This document shows positions 43,437 to 58,887 of a DNA stretch of 64,000 bases, one piece after another. The DNA is taken from contig OX597820.1 of the NCBI GenBank assembly GCA_951406725.2, positions 38,564,001 through 38,628,000 on the forward strand, written 5' to 3'. The first letter of the stretch is position 1. Each line of letters begins with the position of its first letter. Both the position numbers and the translations under genes were made by a program. The notes beneath the pieces were generated by a model. That model did no database searches. It saw only the letters and a program-made list of their open reading frames with translations, and was not told the DNA's origin. Source of the stretch: Octopus vulgaris (lineage: Eukaryota).

Positions 43437-43683
43437 CGTCACTGCTGCATCTCAGAAGTCAAGTGCACCGTATTAATAATAAACTTCTAAAATCTATTCA
43501 ATAGAACTTAGTTCAATAATATAAGGAAATAAACAATCACGTTTAAGCAACCTATCAATAGTTGTTTACTTTGCATCAAAAGAAGTACGTGGAAAAAACC
43601 GTCGAAATAAAAAAAAAATCTATAGCCATATAAAAATTTAAGAGGAATCTTGTAGAAGAATTTCCGCACAAATAATATTATTA

Positions 43684-43719
<36 letters not shown>

Positions 43720-43940
43720 TATTAGTAGTGATGGTAGTGGCCATAGCTTCAGTTTATTTCAGTTCATATCCCGTTTCGGCTGGTTATTATTTTTTGTATT
43801 TCATACTGTAGGTCGTTGCACTGAAATGTAATAAAACATTGTGAATATATATTCTCAATTCTACAAAAGAAACACTTTGCTTTTCTTTTCGTCGTTAAAG
43901 AACGTCTATTGATAAGTGCATTGTATGTAGAACAGTACTG

Positions 43941-44012
<72 letters not shown>

Positions 44013-44038
44013 TTACTACTATTACTACTACTACTACT

Positions 44039-44700
44039 ATCCTTACTATAATGGCGGTTGTGTCCCTATGTCGGTCTGCCTGTCCGTATGCTTGTCCGTC
44101 TGTCCGTCTGTTCTCTCTTCACGGTCAAACGGCTGGACCACGGGTCACGATGTTTTTCGGGATTAAGAGTGAGGTAATCAGGAAAGTCTTTAGCGCAAAA
44201 AATAATAAGTGCGAAAAAGTATGATTATTTAATGGATGCTGAATTTTGTATAAATATATCACTTTGATTTTTTTGTTAAAATTCCAACGACGAGGATTGA
44301 CGTTGGATCCCCATCCCCAACACCATAGAAGAATATATAGAGGGTTTAGATTTGCTATACTATCCCTTTATTTCCCATCATAGATGGGCAGGTTTGATAT
44401 TTTACTGTAATGGTCATTATGTCCATCTGTCTGTCCGTTTGTACGTTTCTTTGTTCCCTTTTCATGGCCAGATGGCTGGACCAATGGTTACAATATTTTT
44501 CGGGATTACAATGATTTAGCATTTCAAAATCTGAAAGTATGATTATTCCGTGGATATCGGATTTTGAATTGATAACCCACATTCGGATTTCTATTAAAAA
44601 TTCACCCACCACGAGTAACTCTGGATTTCACATCTTATAGTTCGTGGCTCCATAGTAGATACGAAGGGGGTCGCGAGGACGGTTAATAGCGAAAATATAA
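44039..44700 (+). mobile_element. Two degraded non-autonomous Helitron-like 5' ends
   Basis: TC..TACTATAATGG plus (CTGT/CCGT)n plus ACGGCTGGACC, repeated at ~44400. Confidence 0.45.
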
Positions 44701-44755
44701 ATGGAAAAAGTGTGTGTCAGTATATCGTATGTATAATTATTTAGTAGTTACTCAT

Positions 44756-44965
44756 GCGGTGAGCTGGCAGAAACGTTAGCTCACCGGGCGAAATGCTTAA
44801 CGTTATTTCGTCTGCCGCTACGTTCTGAGTTCAAATTCCGCCGAGGTCGACTTTGCTTTTCATCCTTTCGGGATCGATTGAATAAGTACCAGTTATGCAC
44901 TGGAGTCGATATAATCGACTTGTTCGCTTTCCCAGAATTTCGGACCTTGTGCCTAGAGGAGAAAA
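44756..44965 (+). mobile_element. SINE family C
   Basis: GGTGAGCTGGCAGAAACGTTAGC head and GAGTTCAAATTCC B box. Confidence 0.8.
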
Positions 44966-45006
44966 TATTATTTAGTTGTAATTTAAGTGTGTCCGTCTCG
45001 AGCAGG

Positions 45007-45336
45007 ATTCCAAACGGCTAATCGAAGCTGCTGAGGTTTACATCTCAGATTTGTCAATCAAAATAACCCATGGTATCAGAACATCCAGACATTATTCGCA
45101 TAGAACAGTGAGAGGTAAGTCTTAGCTTTATATTTTGCAACACTAAAGATTCCGCTCACGCATTCACAGCAAACAAGGCAAAGGGCCAAACTTTGGGTCG
45201 TGTAGGTGTATTTTTACCCACTCCGATATTTACACATGGCCAGTTATACGTCGCTATGAGTAGAGCAAAGTACGTCAGCAATTTGGAAATTAGTGTCGAC
45301 CAAACAGAAAATATCGTCTACAGAGAAGTTTTGTAA
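45007..45336 (+). pseudogene. Helitron/PIF1-type helicase C-terminal fragment
   Basis: AFTANKAKGQTLGRVGVFLPTPIFTHGQLYVAMSRAK...TENIVYREVL* (helicase motifs V-VI). Confidence 0.85.
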
Positions 45337-48300
45337 TCATATTGATATTATCGAAAGGAATATGATTCATGATTTAAATAAGGAAATTTGCGAACTTTGA
45401 ATGTATAAGAGTATATCTAAATAACATTTTTTCTTGATACTTTTTATGTAGCGGTCGAAGGAAACTCTGGCTTTCCTTAGAAGTAGTCCACATAACCATT
45501 CATTATACAGAGGCTGGGAGCCTATTTCATCATCACATGTCATATAGCTGCAGCAGAATGCTGTATCACCAACAATAATATGATTTCTCTAAGACATCAC
45601 CCAGTAATCTATCAATTCCATTTACACATTTCTCAAAGATACTGCCGTTTTGACTTCTCTCCCTCATTTTATGCCTCCATCTTAGATGGGTGGATTTGCT
45701 ACTAATAATAATGTTTACAAATTTTGGCACAAGGCCAGCATTTACGAGTGATATGTAAGTCAATTACATCGACCCCAGTCTTCAATGGTACGTAGTTTAT
45801 CCACATCTACAGGATGAAGAACAAGGCCGACCTCGGTGGAAGATGTTCGAAGATCGTAAAGACAGACGAAGTACTATTAGGCTGTTTACCCGGCGTGTTA
45901 ATGCTTCTGTCAACTGGATGATACAAATAATGACGATGGTAGTAATAAAGATTATAATTATTAGTTTCAAATTTTGGTACAAGGTCAGTAATTTCTGAGG
46001 AGGGATAAAGTCGACTAAATCGATCCAGTGATCAACAGTATTAGTTTTACCAACTCCGAAAATATATACGGTAAAGTGGTGAAATTTGAACACAAATCCT
46101 ATAAAGACGGCGTGCTATCAATTCTGCCATGCAGCCTCCGTAATGATAATTATAATTATTATCAATATCAGGATGTGGTATTTTTCCGTCATCTGATGGA
46201 CTAAAACTATTTCTTTATTTTGGTCGTCGTTATTTTGTTACGGAACCGTACAGTGTATGGCCCGAAGTAATTAAGCATCCTTCAGTGTCGATGTCCTTCA
46301 CTTATTACTTTTAGCAAGGAACGCTCTACAGTTTTCCTTTTTCTTCTTCTCGTATGCAATCCATTAGTTATCTTAGCCTCTAATCGACGATATACTAGAG
46401 ACTACGAAAATATTCTGCTTTCTTGATCTTGCATCTGCTCAGTCTTTGTGGATCAAAGTACAAACAGTAAGATGTTCGAAATCTACTTCTCTTTCTATGA
46501 CCAGCCATTTATAGTCAACCGCTTTCCAGCCATAATTTCTTATTCCATACAACAACTACTATCATTTCAACACTGAAAAGCAAACAAAGATGTATTGAAA
46601 ATAGCAGCAGTACAAGAAATAGCCTTCCACCTCTGTCTTTCTGTTCTTGTTGCTGCCTCTGCTTCTGCATTCTGTTCTCTTTTCATTTCATTTCCTTCTC
46701 AGCAGAAAAACACTTAGATAGCCTTTTCTCCCGTACAAGGAACAACTAAGCCTTCTGACCTGAACAACCATTTCTGAGAATTCGATGTTGTTACCTAGAA
46801 CATTAAGACTTGACTTCTATATAAACGCCACGCATACTCTCGTGTCATGTTTTCTCTCATAGTGTGCCCGTACAGTTGAGCAACGTACTACAGACCAAGG
46901 GCCATCAGCCGTATCAATATTTTATGTTCTTGATCTTTGTATTTCTATGATATTTGCAGTGTATTAACAGACGATTGTACCAATCTCTATTTCTATGAAT
47001 CGTTCATAGTCATAGGAGCTAGGTTCGCACTTCCGTGCTTTCGTCAACGGCCAATAGAACGCAACATCTTGTTTCAAAACCCATGCATAATTGAGGGCGG
47101 GGCGATTTTGCTGGCCAACTAGTTACCACTGGAGTTGCAATAACTGGCTTTTTGAAAGTATCAAAAGACGTGGATACACTTATCCGCTTTAGGGCGTCTG
47201 CCTAACTTCTACATGCTATGTCATACTTTTGGTTCTGCAGAACACACGATTTCTAATGTTGCGATTTCGTTAAGTGATCCTTCGCCGTAATATAAAAAAA
47301 GACGCATACATATGTTGAAAATTAACATTATACTATATACCTCATCCGCCTTTTTTTCTGCAAAAATCCGTTCAGCAAAGGCAGTGGTGCTTTTTGTGAC
47401 ATGCCTCATCTGTTTCCCGTAATTTCCGATGAAGAAAATCCGAAAAGGCCTGTGTGTATTTTAACATCATCATTTGAATAGGTTGCACTGGTGTTGTTAT
47501 ATATGATTGAACTTGCTGACAACCATTGTTGGCGTGTTTGAAATTTCCGTTTGGCATATATTCATTTGTCTTCAACTGCGAGTGGTTATATGCCTCTTTA
47601 TGTACATTATCTTTTGGGCCTAACAACCTTAAAATCTGACTGTGCTTCCAAAAATTTCAAAAATTCTCAGTGAATATATTTGATGATACGATGACTTAGG
47701 TTAACACTTCATTCTGCAACATATCTTTTCATACTGAACATCCAATAAATGAAGGAAAATAAATGTTTACAAACATATGTGTATAAAGAAAGAAATGCGA
47801 ATTAAGAACTTTCACTTCAAATAGAGACGGTGTGTAGACGCTGAAATATATTGAGGTCCTCTGTGAGTTAAAATGCCTCATATCTTACCATGCCCACGGT
47901 AAAGAACCACAAAGAAAAAAGCAATTATGAATTGATAACAATAATTATTGAAACTACACACAAAAATATTGAAAATTATATAAACTCAATAAAAAGCTCC
48001 CCACAGTCGTGCCGATAACGCACTTAGACATGATGCTAGTGAATATGATAAATGAAATGATGCGTACACCAGACATTAACACACACACAGGCGTACACAC
48101 ACGCATATACGCACACGCACACACAAAATCACGTTATACGAACACATACACGCAAGCATACGCACATATATGCACATATGTGCGCATATAATATCCAATT
48201 TGAAACAAAGAACACGTCAGTTGGAACAACAACTTGTCGCAGCAATAAAATGCATAAAATAAGTGCAGCATACACGAAATAAACGCTAAGGCCAGCATGC

Positions 48301-51287
48301 TTGTAATTTACATGATGAATGTTTTCATCAACAAAGCTGTTATTTTAATTAATTAAAATTTCAACGTTGTCTCTCCTGCTTTTTTTCCTTCTTAAAGTGA
48401 ACAAAATTTGTCAATGTTTTCATTAATTAGATTGTTATATTGATTAATAAAAAAAAAAATGTTTGCTACTAGAAATATGCTATCGTCCACTTTTCGATTA
48501 ACTATTTGCATTTTTGTATCTTTTTTTTAAAATAAAATTTAAGTATTTTTCTAAGTGGAAAACAACTCCGGATAATCAATAATATGATTTGCATTGTCCG
48601 GCGTAGAAAATTGCTTTTGTTTTCGTCCACCACTCCGTTTCTAACATTTAACTGACACAAGCCCAAAGACACATATTTATGTGGAAGTCACAAATGGTCG
48701 TATAGAATCTTCATATAAGATTTGACGTACACTTATTTTATTGAATTCAGAAAAGGTGGAATCAAAGCTAATTCTGGTGGAATTCGAAATAAGATTCTAA
48801 AGAGAATGCGATTTTATCGTTCATCTTCGTGTAATGACAATGATTGTTATTGCTTTTGTTAGAACCAGTTCAGCCTTGATCTTATGTATTTCACCCACGA
48901 CAATCCCATTTTACATTTATAAACAGAGTATATCAAGGAATGCATATAATATGTTTTTTGTGAAGAGCAGAAAGGGAACTTGAACGTGGTCTGGCCAAGG
49001 CCAGAATCAGACTTTGCTTGGTTTCTGAGCACATTAAATTTAGTAGAACACCTCATACACATAAATTCAAATATACGGTATGTCACTAAATTTAAGCACC
49101 AAATTTCGTTTTGTATCTTATTCGAAATAACACATAAGAATAAAAATTAATGCTAAAATTGACAAGCGTAGAAAGGTTAAATGCGCCTGTCAAAGCAGAT
49201 TATCTAAGCTAAGAACAGTAAGGTTTCAGCTGTATGCATCACACTACAATATCTAAAAAAAAATCATTCCTTTTACATTTGGCATCTGAAATCTTCAATG
49301 AAAGTTTCACGCCACGTCATCTTTACTATATTGCTCTTTATATCTATTTAACTCCGATTACATAATCTCTCATTCGTTATTGTAGTTCCACCATTGACAA
49401 TATGAGCGAAGTTCCAGCTGAACAACTTGTGACCATCATGGGTAAATGCAGTGAGATGTCTCCATGAACTGATGGGGAGGGAACACTTACCCTTTTATCA
49501 TGGAACGAATCAGCTTATTCTCATGGACTAATATATGATCTACGCTTCGATAAGTTTCAAACTGAACATTTGTTTTTCGCTATGAACATATTTCGAAATT
49601 CATTGGCGGAGGAAGTAATACAATTCTCTAGCTTTGTTCTTACCACTGTTTCATCGCACTGATAATACTTTGGTTGGCACACTACACCTTTTATTTTTTA
49701 CCTTGAGTATAGAAAAACTGTACTTGACACTTGTTTCCACACAAGACCCCCAGAGAAGGCTAGAAAGATAATGGTTAAGAAGAGTACTTCACTACACGTA
49801 TTTCATAGTATTAAATTGTAAACATAATGGCAGATATTTTTAGAGCTTTTGAAAACAATTTGAAAATATCTTCGTATGTACATATGTGACAATCGAATAT
49901 TATAGATGTACTCATTTAGAAACTCCACAGAAGAGACAAAATGTTATTCATATGTATATATGCGTGCGTGTGTGTGTGTGTGTGTGTGGTGTTTGAGTGT
50001 GTGCGTAAAGTCGCATAGCGTAGTGGCTAAGGTGTTGCACTCACGATTGCGCGATCGTGATTTCGCTTCCCAAACCGGGCGTTGTGCTTTGTTCTTGGGC
50101 AAAGCTCTTAATTTCACGTGGCTCTGAGATCATTTCGCCTTCTGATATCTGGCACCCGTTGCACTTTTACTGGCAATGTCGATCTGATGGAGGGAATGAT
50201 TTTATGTCTACACAAACATTTGATCACTATAAACAAATTAACTGTGTCGTTGTTCACCAAAAAATTGAGGAACCTTCATTTGTTGTCTAACGACAGGAGA
50301 GTCCATCTTACATATATATGCACACGTACATATACATATTCATCCCCAAATATATACATATATATATACACGTATGCATACGTTCATACATATATATACC
50401 TACATATACACCCCATGTGTATATATATATATATATATATCAACAGAAGCAGTATTGCTGCTAAAAGGTAATATTTATCCCTACTTAGAAGTGGGTGTTA
50501 TGTTAGAACACAGGCTACTGCAAACGTTACCATAGGGGTACCTCTCTCTCATATGGACGTGTGGTGCATATATGCACTTTTGTTCATATAGGGAGAGACA
50601 GCTTAACCGCCATCGCAACTGCTGGGACTCAAAAGAGGATCTGATTTCAGCTTTGCTTGGTCTTGTCAATGGTCGGTCAAACATACTCGTGACATTTATG
50701 ATGTACAAAAATGCGATTTTTCAATGCTGTTTTTTTTTTCAATTCGCGCTTTAAGCAATAATTTACGTATAGCCTATCCACAAAACAATAGTAAGAATTC
50801 ACATGAATTCGAAAACCTATCTTCTGGATCAAACATGTTGTTTTGTTGAATAAGTTGTAAAATATCCACAGGAATTGCAATTGTTTGAGCGGGAGAGATT
50901 CACATATATCAATACATGCTATATTTTTGAACATTAAAAATATATTCTAAAAAGGACTTATAAACGTATAGTTCATTAGTTATACACTTTCACTCAGTAA
51001 CGCTTCAAGATTGGTGTGTATTGATTTTATCAGAATGGAAACGATTTTTTTTTTGTGAATCAAGGAAACACACGGGATGGTGCATCTATAAGACCGATCA
51101 ATTCATCATTAAATATTATTATGGTGTAATTTCTGGAAATGTCTCTTGACCTATCGTCCAATTATAGCCTATTTATATCGTATATTAGTAGTTAGTGATA
51201 TTCCTCTTAAACAAAATTTCAGCTATTTTTTCCGCTCTGTAAATAAACATAATATATATGTGTGTGTATTTACATGTGTCCAGGAAA

Positions 51288-51337
<50 letters not shown>

Positions 51338-51780
51338 CATGCAGTATGTATTTGTGATTGTGCTTGTGCACGTGCAGACATATTTTTCGGGAGTAAGAAT
51401 GTTATTTCCGGTGTCATTTTAATTAGAATTATTGTTATACTAGTCCTATACCATTTCCTTCTGTCGAAACTTTCAAATTTAGTTATTTAGTTAGTTGTAA
51501 TGAGACAACAATCGCTATATGCATCGCCCAACTTTGACATTTATAAGACCACGTATGTTGGCTGAAGAGAAAAGCAAAATGAGATAAAATTTATAAGTAC
51601 ATATCTAGTACAACTGCGCTTGTTTCAAATCTGCTCATAATCGATTTCATGGATGAGATTATTGTTCTCTTTTCTGTTTATTTTTTTTGTTTGTTTTTTT
51701 TTGCTTTCCTCCTTTACACTCTTTTGCTTCACTCCTACCAAATTTCAGGCATTGTACTTTGCTGAAAATCATCATCATCA

Positions 51781-51850
<70 letters not shown>

Positions 51851-51856
51851 CATCAA

Positions 51857-52060
51857 AGCAGTGAGCTGGCAGAATTGTTAGCACGCCGGGGGAAATGTTT
51901 CGCGGTATATCGTCCGTCTCCACGTTCTTAGTTCAAATTCCGCCGAGGTCGACTTTGCCTTTCATCCTTTCGGGGTCCATTAAATAATTACCAGTCGCGC
52001 ACTGGGGTCGATGAAATCTACTTAATCCCTTCCCCCCCCCAAAAAAAAAATTTGAAATCA
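51857..52060 (+). mobile_element. SINE family C in an (ATT)n tract
   Basis: Homologous to 44756. Confidence 0.8.
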
Positions 52061-52073
52061 TTATTATTATTAT

Positions 52074-52420
52074 TGAGTAAAAGAGAAGTGTCATTGGGGT
52101 AAAAATATACCCATCATGACTACTCGGTTGATAAGAGTACAGTAGGCACAGACATCACAAACATGTGCACGACATGGTGACTTCATATCAAGATAAACAG
52201 TGCATGACAGTGCATGACCAGTTAGAACTTTGTTTAAGTCGAGTAGCCCATCTCGCTCAAATAGTCCCTGAATAAAGGTTACCTAAGGATGCTGAACGAA
52301 ACACCCATGTTTCCAGAGATGAATTATTCAGACCCCAAAGAATTCCTCTCAACACATGACTATGATGTTGTTCCACTACTTCTGCTCGTGATCATAGATG
52401 CTCATATCGTCAGCCACTAA
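52074..52420. repeat. Diverged copy of the 16562-17108 element
   Basis: Collinear homology. Confidence 0.75.
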
Positions 52421-53712
52421 CTCGTATGAATAAGAAAGGAGAAAATAAGTAAAAACAGAGAAGCAATTATTAATATTACTATTAAAGTAGTATGTCCTTG
52501 CTTTGTTTTTAAAGATGGAAATGTGAATTTAAAAATACTAATATAAAGTTAGAAAGACCATAGTAACTGTAGGGGAGATAAATGAGGGGAGAATAAGACG
52601 AGTCGAAAAAATAAAAATTTGGATAGGGATGTGTCGGTTATACAGAATGTGCATTTTAGTATGTACAAAAAAAAAAAAGATAATTTCAGCGGTATTAATC
52701 CAGCTTAGTATTATGTGAGAAGGATATAGAATGGCAGTATGGTGGTAATGGTATTCGAGTTGTAGCGATACTGTACCAGTATGTGTGCAATAGATTAAAT
52801 ACACTGGTGTTGCAATCTGTTCAAATCGTGTACATTAGAAAGAGTGTCTGGAATTTCGAATTACGATTATAATCCTGTCTTTTACTAGGACTCTGCCATA
52901 TAAAAATTAATTAGAGGTGAATCTATATGTGATCACAGCTCTTGTATTAGATAGATTATTTTTTCTATCTCCTTTTGATAATGACGCTGTATGTCTGTTT
53001 AACACATATTTTAGATCGACGACCAGTAGCACTAATTATCAATGTAATTACGAAATTAAATGAAACCAAATTAAATCGATAAATTGTCGGATTAATTCAT
53101 TCGTAATGAAATGTTAATAGCAGCAGACGTTCGAGAAGTATTACTGCTTGTACAGGCATAACAAAATTTCTTGGATTACTTTTGATGACCTCTTTTTGCG
53201 TTTTCAGAAACTGGCATCAATTCAGGTGTAATCTATTGTAATTTGGCTCAGTGTAATGACAGAGGTGTTTTATGAAATATTGGGAAGAACATCAAGGTTC
53301 TTAGCTCTACATGAATCCACAAATAGAAAACTGGTGCTTGGAGTCTCTTGGACTGAATTGAGCTTGCTTAATGTAGACATGGTTTGAAAAGAAAGGAAGT
53401 AAGAACTATTATGTCATACAGTAGCGAGCAACAAAAGAGAACGATTAATATTTTTTTAATGTCGGAAATGCTAGTGAACGTACAAATTCGTAATTGGTTT
53501 CGTATACATGGTTAACTATTAGCTAAATTCTCTGAAAAATATAACTTTGTAGAAGAGTCTTAATAAAAGTTGATAACACTAACACCAGTTTCCTCCAAAT
53601 GTCTCATGTGCAAAATAAGATAACGATTAGTTTCCTTCAGACATTTCTGGAAATTTCAAACATTGTTTACATTTGCAGGCTCAACGCCTCAGTATTGTGC
53701 TAGCTTCCGAAC

Positions 53713-54390
53713 ATGGCACACCACGCAAAATTTACTCCCGATCTCCGAAAAGAAATTGTCAGGATGAATGTTTTAGGAATGACTCTCTCGGTATTTGACG
53801 AGACGTAAGATCTAATAGTGTAGTTTCACGGATTCTGAAACTCTATGAAGAAACTAAAGGATTTGAACCAAACAAGGCAACTGGTAGAACAAGTAAATCA
53901 CCATGCGAGATGATCAAGCCATGAAAATGTACGTATTGAAGGATCCTTTCGAGATTGCAGCTGGAATTTCTAGAAAAATAAAAGCAAATGTTGGGAATTG
54001 CGCTGCTTTACATGTTTAGTCGTCTGAAGGAATTTAGATTAAAGACTTGTTCCCCGGAAACGAAACCTACTATCAGCAAGAAGAACAAATTGGAAAGATT
54101 TTCGTTTGCAGAAACTCATGTGAACTGGAGGTATGGAAATTGGTCATAAATTCATTTTAGCGATGAAAGCAAATTCAATTTAGTAGGTTCACATGGTAGG
54201 CATTATGTTAGGCGCTTCACAGGAGATCGGCTAATATCCAAGTGCCTGAAGAAATCTGCCAAGTTTGGAGGAGGAAGCATCGTGATGTGGAGAATGAGAT
54301 CTTCTGAAGGAGTTGGCTCTCTAGTGCAGATAAAAGGGACTATTAACGCTAATATTTATTTGAATATGGTTAAACAGTAGGTGATTAATC
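53713..54390 (+). mobile_element. Degenerate Tc1-like transposase, N-terminal two-thirds
   Basis: HFSDESKFNLVGSHGRHYVRR...KFGGGSIVMW. Confidence 0.8.
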
Positions 54391-54439
54391 TTGTTGAGGT
54401 TAAGGTTTCTGACATAAGTAATTTGTCCTCACCGCCCAC

Positions 54440-54990
54440 CACCGTCACGTACGACTACAGTGGGCTTCACAACATCAGCATTAGCGGCATCAAGGATGGA
54501 GGTCGATAGTCTTCTCTGACGAGGGCCGGTACTGCGTTTCTACCTCGGCTGACAGAGTCAGGGCGTGGCGTAGGAGGGGTAAACACTACAGAGGCGCATA
54601 TATCCTGCAGCGAGATGCGTGGGGTGACCAAAGTATTATTGTTAGGGGTGCTATAGCCTTAATCAGAGAATTGGGATCGATGGCTTCCAAAATGTTGATG
54701 CAGGCAGAGGAAATGGCATCACAGCGCAGTGCTACGGTGATCAGATCCTAAGACCTCACATCGTGCCCTTCTTTGTGTGTCACCATAGCCACGTGTTCAA
54801 GCCGGACGATGCTCCCTCCCACACGGTCAGGGTGACCATAGATTTTCTGCGTCAGCACAACATCAGAACGATGCCGTGGTCGGCTCCCATTGCGGATTTC
54901 AACCCAGTTGAACACAAGTTGGATGAAATCCAGAGACAACTAAACCAGATGGTCTCCGGGCCGGCAAATCGTGTGGAACTGGAGACAGCA
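54440..54990 (+). mobile_element. Second Tc1-like (DD34E) transposase fragment
   Basis: VFSDEGRY..RVWRRR; FKPDDAPSH..MPWSAPIADFNPVEH. Confidence 0.75.
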
Positions 54991-56039
54991 TACACGGTAT
55001 TGAACATGTCACCCCTTACAATCTCGATGTACTGGATCCGCCCTCTTCCAGAACACATGGCAACAACCCATAGACTGCAGTCAAAGAAATTAACTTTATC
55101 AGATTTATCAGAATTTATCTCTGACATAATGGAATTAAAGCATATTTCACAGTCACACACGTCTCGCGTTTCTTTTGGAGTTCAATGTATTTTTGTTGGG
55201 ATTTTTCAATCTATGAAAACTTATCTCTCATTGGCTATTTGTTTTAAGACAACATATTTAGTGTATTTCTTGGCAATATTTTCAACTACTACGCTTCTTC
55301 TTCGTTTCTTGCCCTGTCTTCCTTCGTATGAAATAGTTAAAATGACTTAAAATCGGTGTAAGATATTCAAAGTCGTATAAGATATTCAAAGTCTTGTAAT
55401 CTTATTTTATCTATAATTACAGGCATGTATTCTTCAAATATTCTATTTTATCCCTACTGTAGTCATTCCCCAGAAGCAAAAGAAAATTATTCAGAGAATA
55501 TTTAAAAAGATTGATGGATTATCTTATATTTTATTGATGAAAAATAATATAAGCACTTGGAAACATCTAACGAATATTAATAAAGTTCTTGGATCATCAC
55601 AACAAAAAGTTAATGTTTAGTTATGGAAGTAAAACTCTTCCAAGTTTGCTCAGATCTAAAGTAGAAAGTCAAATCAATCATGTATCATTGTTTCAAAGAT
55701 GGGAATGCATTAAGATCTGGTACTGTATGTATATGGAAACATGACCAAATTACCAAGGATTTTTCTACAGATGCCTTTTCTGTTGAATTTCTGCAACCGT
55801 TACCTTAGAGAATTCACATTCATACACATGCTCATTCAGAAATGAGAATGTTCAGTTGGCTGGAATGTTTTATCATTGAACGTAGTCATTTATCATTACA
55901 CCGACGAGAAAACTGGAATTTAAAACGCTATCTAATATTATAAAAAAGATAAATGTCAAATTTACTTTCAATTATACTTTCTTATTTCATAAAAACGAAG
56001 ATAGGGAGACTGCACGCGAGAGAAACTGAGAGAAAGTGA

Positions 56040-56091
<52 letters not shown>

Positions 56092-56627
56092 AAGAACAGA
56101 CAGAGAGAAAGGTTCAGAGAGATCGTTATAGAAACCTATCAATAAATGTTGGTGCTACCGAAGAAAAACCAATATATATATATTTAAATTGAATAAAAAT
56201 CCTAGCCAAAAAGAGAATTAAACTTTCTTATTTCTACACGATGATGGTCAGGAATATTGATTCTCTGAGACAACTGTCGCAGTAATTCCCATAGAAAGAC
56301 GCATATGGGAGCTACATGCGGATTATTGATCTTCACACACACATAGAGATCTTTAAGTTTAATATATTCTCATCTTTTCAGCATCGCTGTTTGAACGATA
56401 AGACAGTTAACATACGAAATGGAAAAACTTGGCATAAAATATACATTTTTCTGTAAAATTACAGAAAAGTGCTTCCAAATGCTTATATTAATACTCTTCA
56501 CACTGTTTAGAAAACATTCTTGTAACTGTCTGTTAGTGATAATTGTGCCATCAACTTCTGAATTGTTGTACCTAAACTTTCTATTTAAATTATATTTAAT
56601 CATTTTGTAAAATATTATTTTGAGTGC

Positions 56628-56670
<43 letters not shown>

Positions 56671-57737
56671 CATATACATACATACATATATGCATGCATA
56701 TATGTGTGCGTAAAGCACGCCTGCATACGGACACACACATGCATATATTTAAAATTTTATTTGTATATACGAGATCTGATCAATAAAGCAGTTTGGTAAA
56801 CAGCTCAGCAGCAATCAAGGTCAATCTGTGCCAAAAGACTTTCTTCTGTGTGCTTTAATGTCGTTACTATGGCAATAGTCCGGATACTTATGGATCAGGC
56901 CACGTAATCAAGCTTATTTGGCAGGGGCTTGCGATAACTGCATAGTTTGAGAAATACGTATATTGGAGAAGTTGCATTTAAAGAACGCAGTATGATTTTA
57001 CCAAATTATTTTTTTGTTGACAGTGTATACCAAAAGGTATCACAATAATGTGCACCAGTTTGCTTAACACTGTTAGTTTCTCTGAAACAGGCCCCGTATT
57101 TTGGCATGAAAGCAAATGTCAAGTTCAGTTTGAAAAGGAAATTTAGGATTGGATCACGGTGAAATGGCTTACAACTTTACTGTGATCATCAGCAAGTTCT
57201 ATGCGAATTCGATATCTAAAGTCATAAAAGGAAACTCGTATATTGCCCTAGTGTAAGAAGAAATATTTAATGTACCGAGGAGCACAAAGTAATAGAGAAA
57301 ATAAGCAGTAGTCTGGAAGATAGATTCCTGCTACATAGCATGTTTTATACGTTAGGATTAAAAATGGGTAAATTCATCCGTTATTGGCCTGTTAAATTTT
57401 ATTAGATTTATATCATATTTCTATGCAGTTATCTATGTTTTAAAGATAATACCGGATTATACTGATACTGTCAGTTCTTGAAGCAGATCATGAAAAGTAG
57501 AAATATTAGGGCTCATTAACATAGATCCAAGTGTGTTATATAATATGATATGAAACTTAGAAGATAGCTTGGTAAGATATGATGAAAAATACAAGCCCGT
57601 CACGATGCCAAGAAACGAAGGATAGATTATATACCGCTATACGTTTCTGTTTTATATACTGTACATGTGTCTTTCTTTCCCTCGCTCAATATTTCCGTTG
57701 AGTATTATATTTAACCGAAAGTGCCTAGAGAATTACG

Positions 57738-57785
<48 letters not shown>

Positions 57786-57790
<5 letters not shown>

Positions 57791-58075
57791 TAAGGAACGG
57801 CCATAATAAGCCGTTCAACCCACTAGAAATAGCAGCCAAGGCTTCAACTGCAAAACAATATTAATTCCGTAAACCAGGAGAAAATTGGTTTACGGAATTA
57901 ATATTGTTTTGCGGTTGAAGCCTTGGCTGCTATTTCTAGTGGGTTGAACGGCCTATTATGGCCGTTCCTTAATTTTGCTGTTGAATTTATTAATAGTCTC
58001 TGACTATTCACTTTTTTCCCACTAGGCCGCTGGTGGCAAATAATTTCTGCTGAATTTTTTGCCACCCTATATTGA

Positions 58076-58080
<5 letters not shown>
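57786..58080 (+). repeat. Fold-back insert in (TA)n: 91-bp arms, 9-nt loop, ~100-bp tail
   Basis: Arms 57786-57876 and 57886-57976 with 2 mismatches. Confidence 0.9.
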
Positions 58081-58153
<73 letters not shown>

Positions 58154-58420
58154 ATATGTATGTATATGTATATGTATTCGTTTATTATATATATATATAT
58201 ATATATATATACTTCTAATATAGGATAACATTTTTTTCAGATTTTTTAAAATACCTTTAAAGGTGAAAATTATGAACAATTCTAAATAAGAAGAAAATCT
58301 ATGCTAATATGCAGAGAAATAGATTTTAAATCGTCAGTCACCACATACAATACATCACTATGAATGCACGGTCTGCTGAAATCGAGGAAAGCTGGCTAAC
58401 TGACCTTTTTTTTAAATGCG

Positions 58421-58486
58421 TTATCTCTATATTCAATCAATTTCGGGGTTAATCCAACGGATATTCCCCTCATCAGTAGAAAATAC
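58421..58486 (-). ncRNA. Partly decayed type I hammerhead
   Basis: CUGAUGA-GGGG..CCCC-GAAAU UG AUU; stem I is offset. Confidence 0.5.
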
Positions 58487-58617
58487 GGTTAGAAATAAAT
58501 GCAATACTAACAAGCACCCATGGAAAAAAAGCAGAAGTAAAAGTCATGTGTACACACAAGTACCCCAGTTATATCTAAATATTTTTACATTTTGATGTAT
58601 TATGTATATGTATGTAA

Positions 58618-58701
<84 letters not shown>

Positions 58702-58833
58702 AAGTTAATCCAAACAAGAAAGCACAAAAAAACACAGTAACGTGAGGACGTGGAACAAATATAGTATTATTGGATGCTCAGGAAAGAAGGGAAGACGGAG
58801 GAAAAGAATCGCCAACGGTACACACGCGGTCAC

Positions 58834-58884
<51 letters not shown>

Positions 58885-58887
<3 letters not shown>

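Noticed and set aside
45007-45148. Spliced exon with a GTAAGT donor at ~45115
   Set aside because: The implied intron is only ~34 nt, and the region reads better as continuous degraded Helitron helicase.
46150-47700. Degraded RTE LINE or pogo-like coding relics
   Set aside because: Motif hints are too faint to support a call without alignment.
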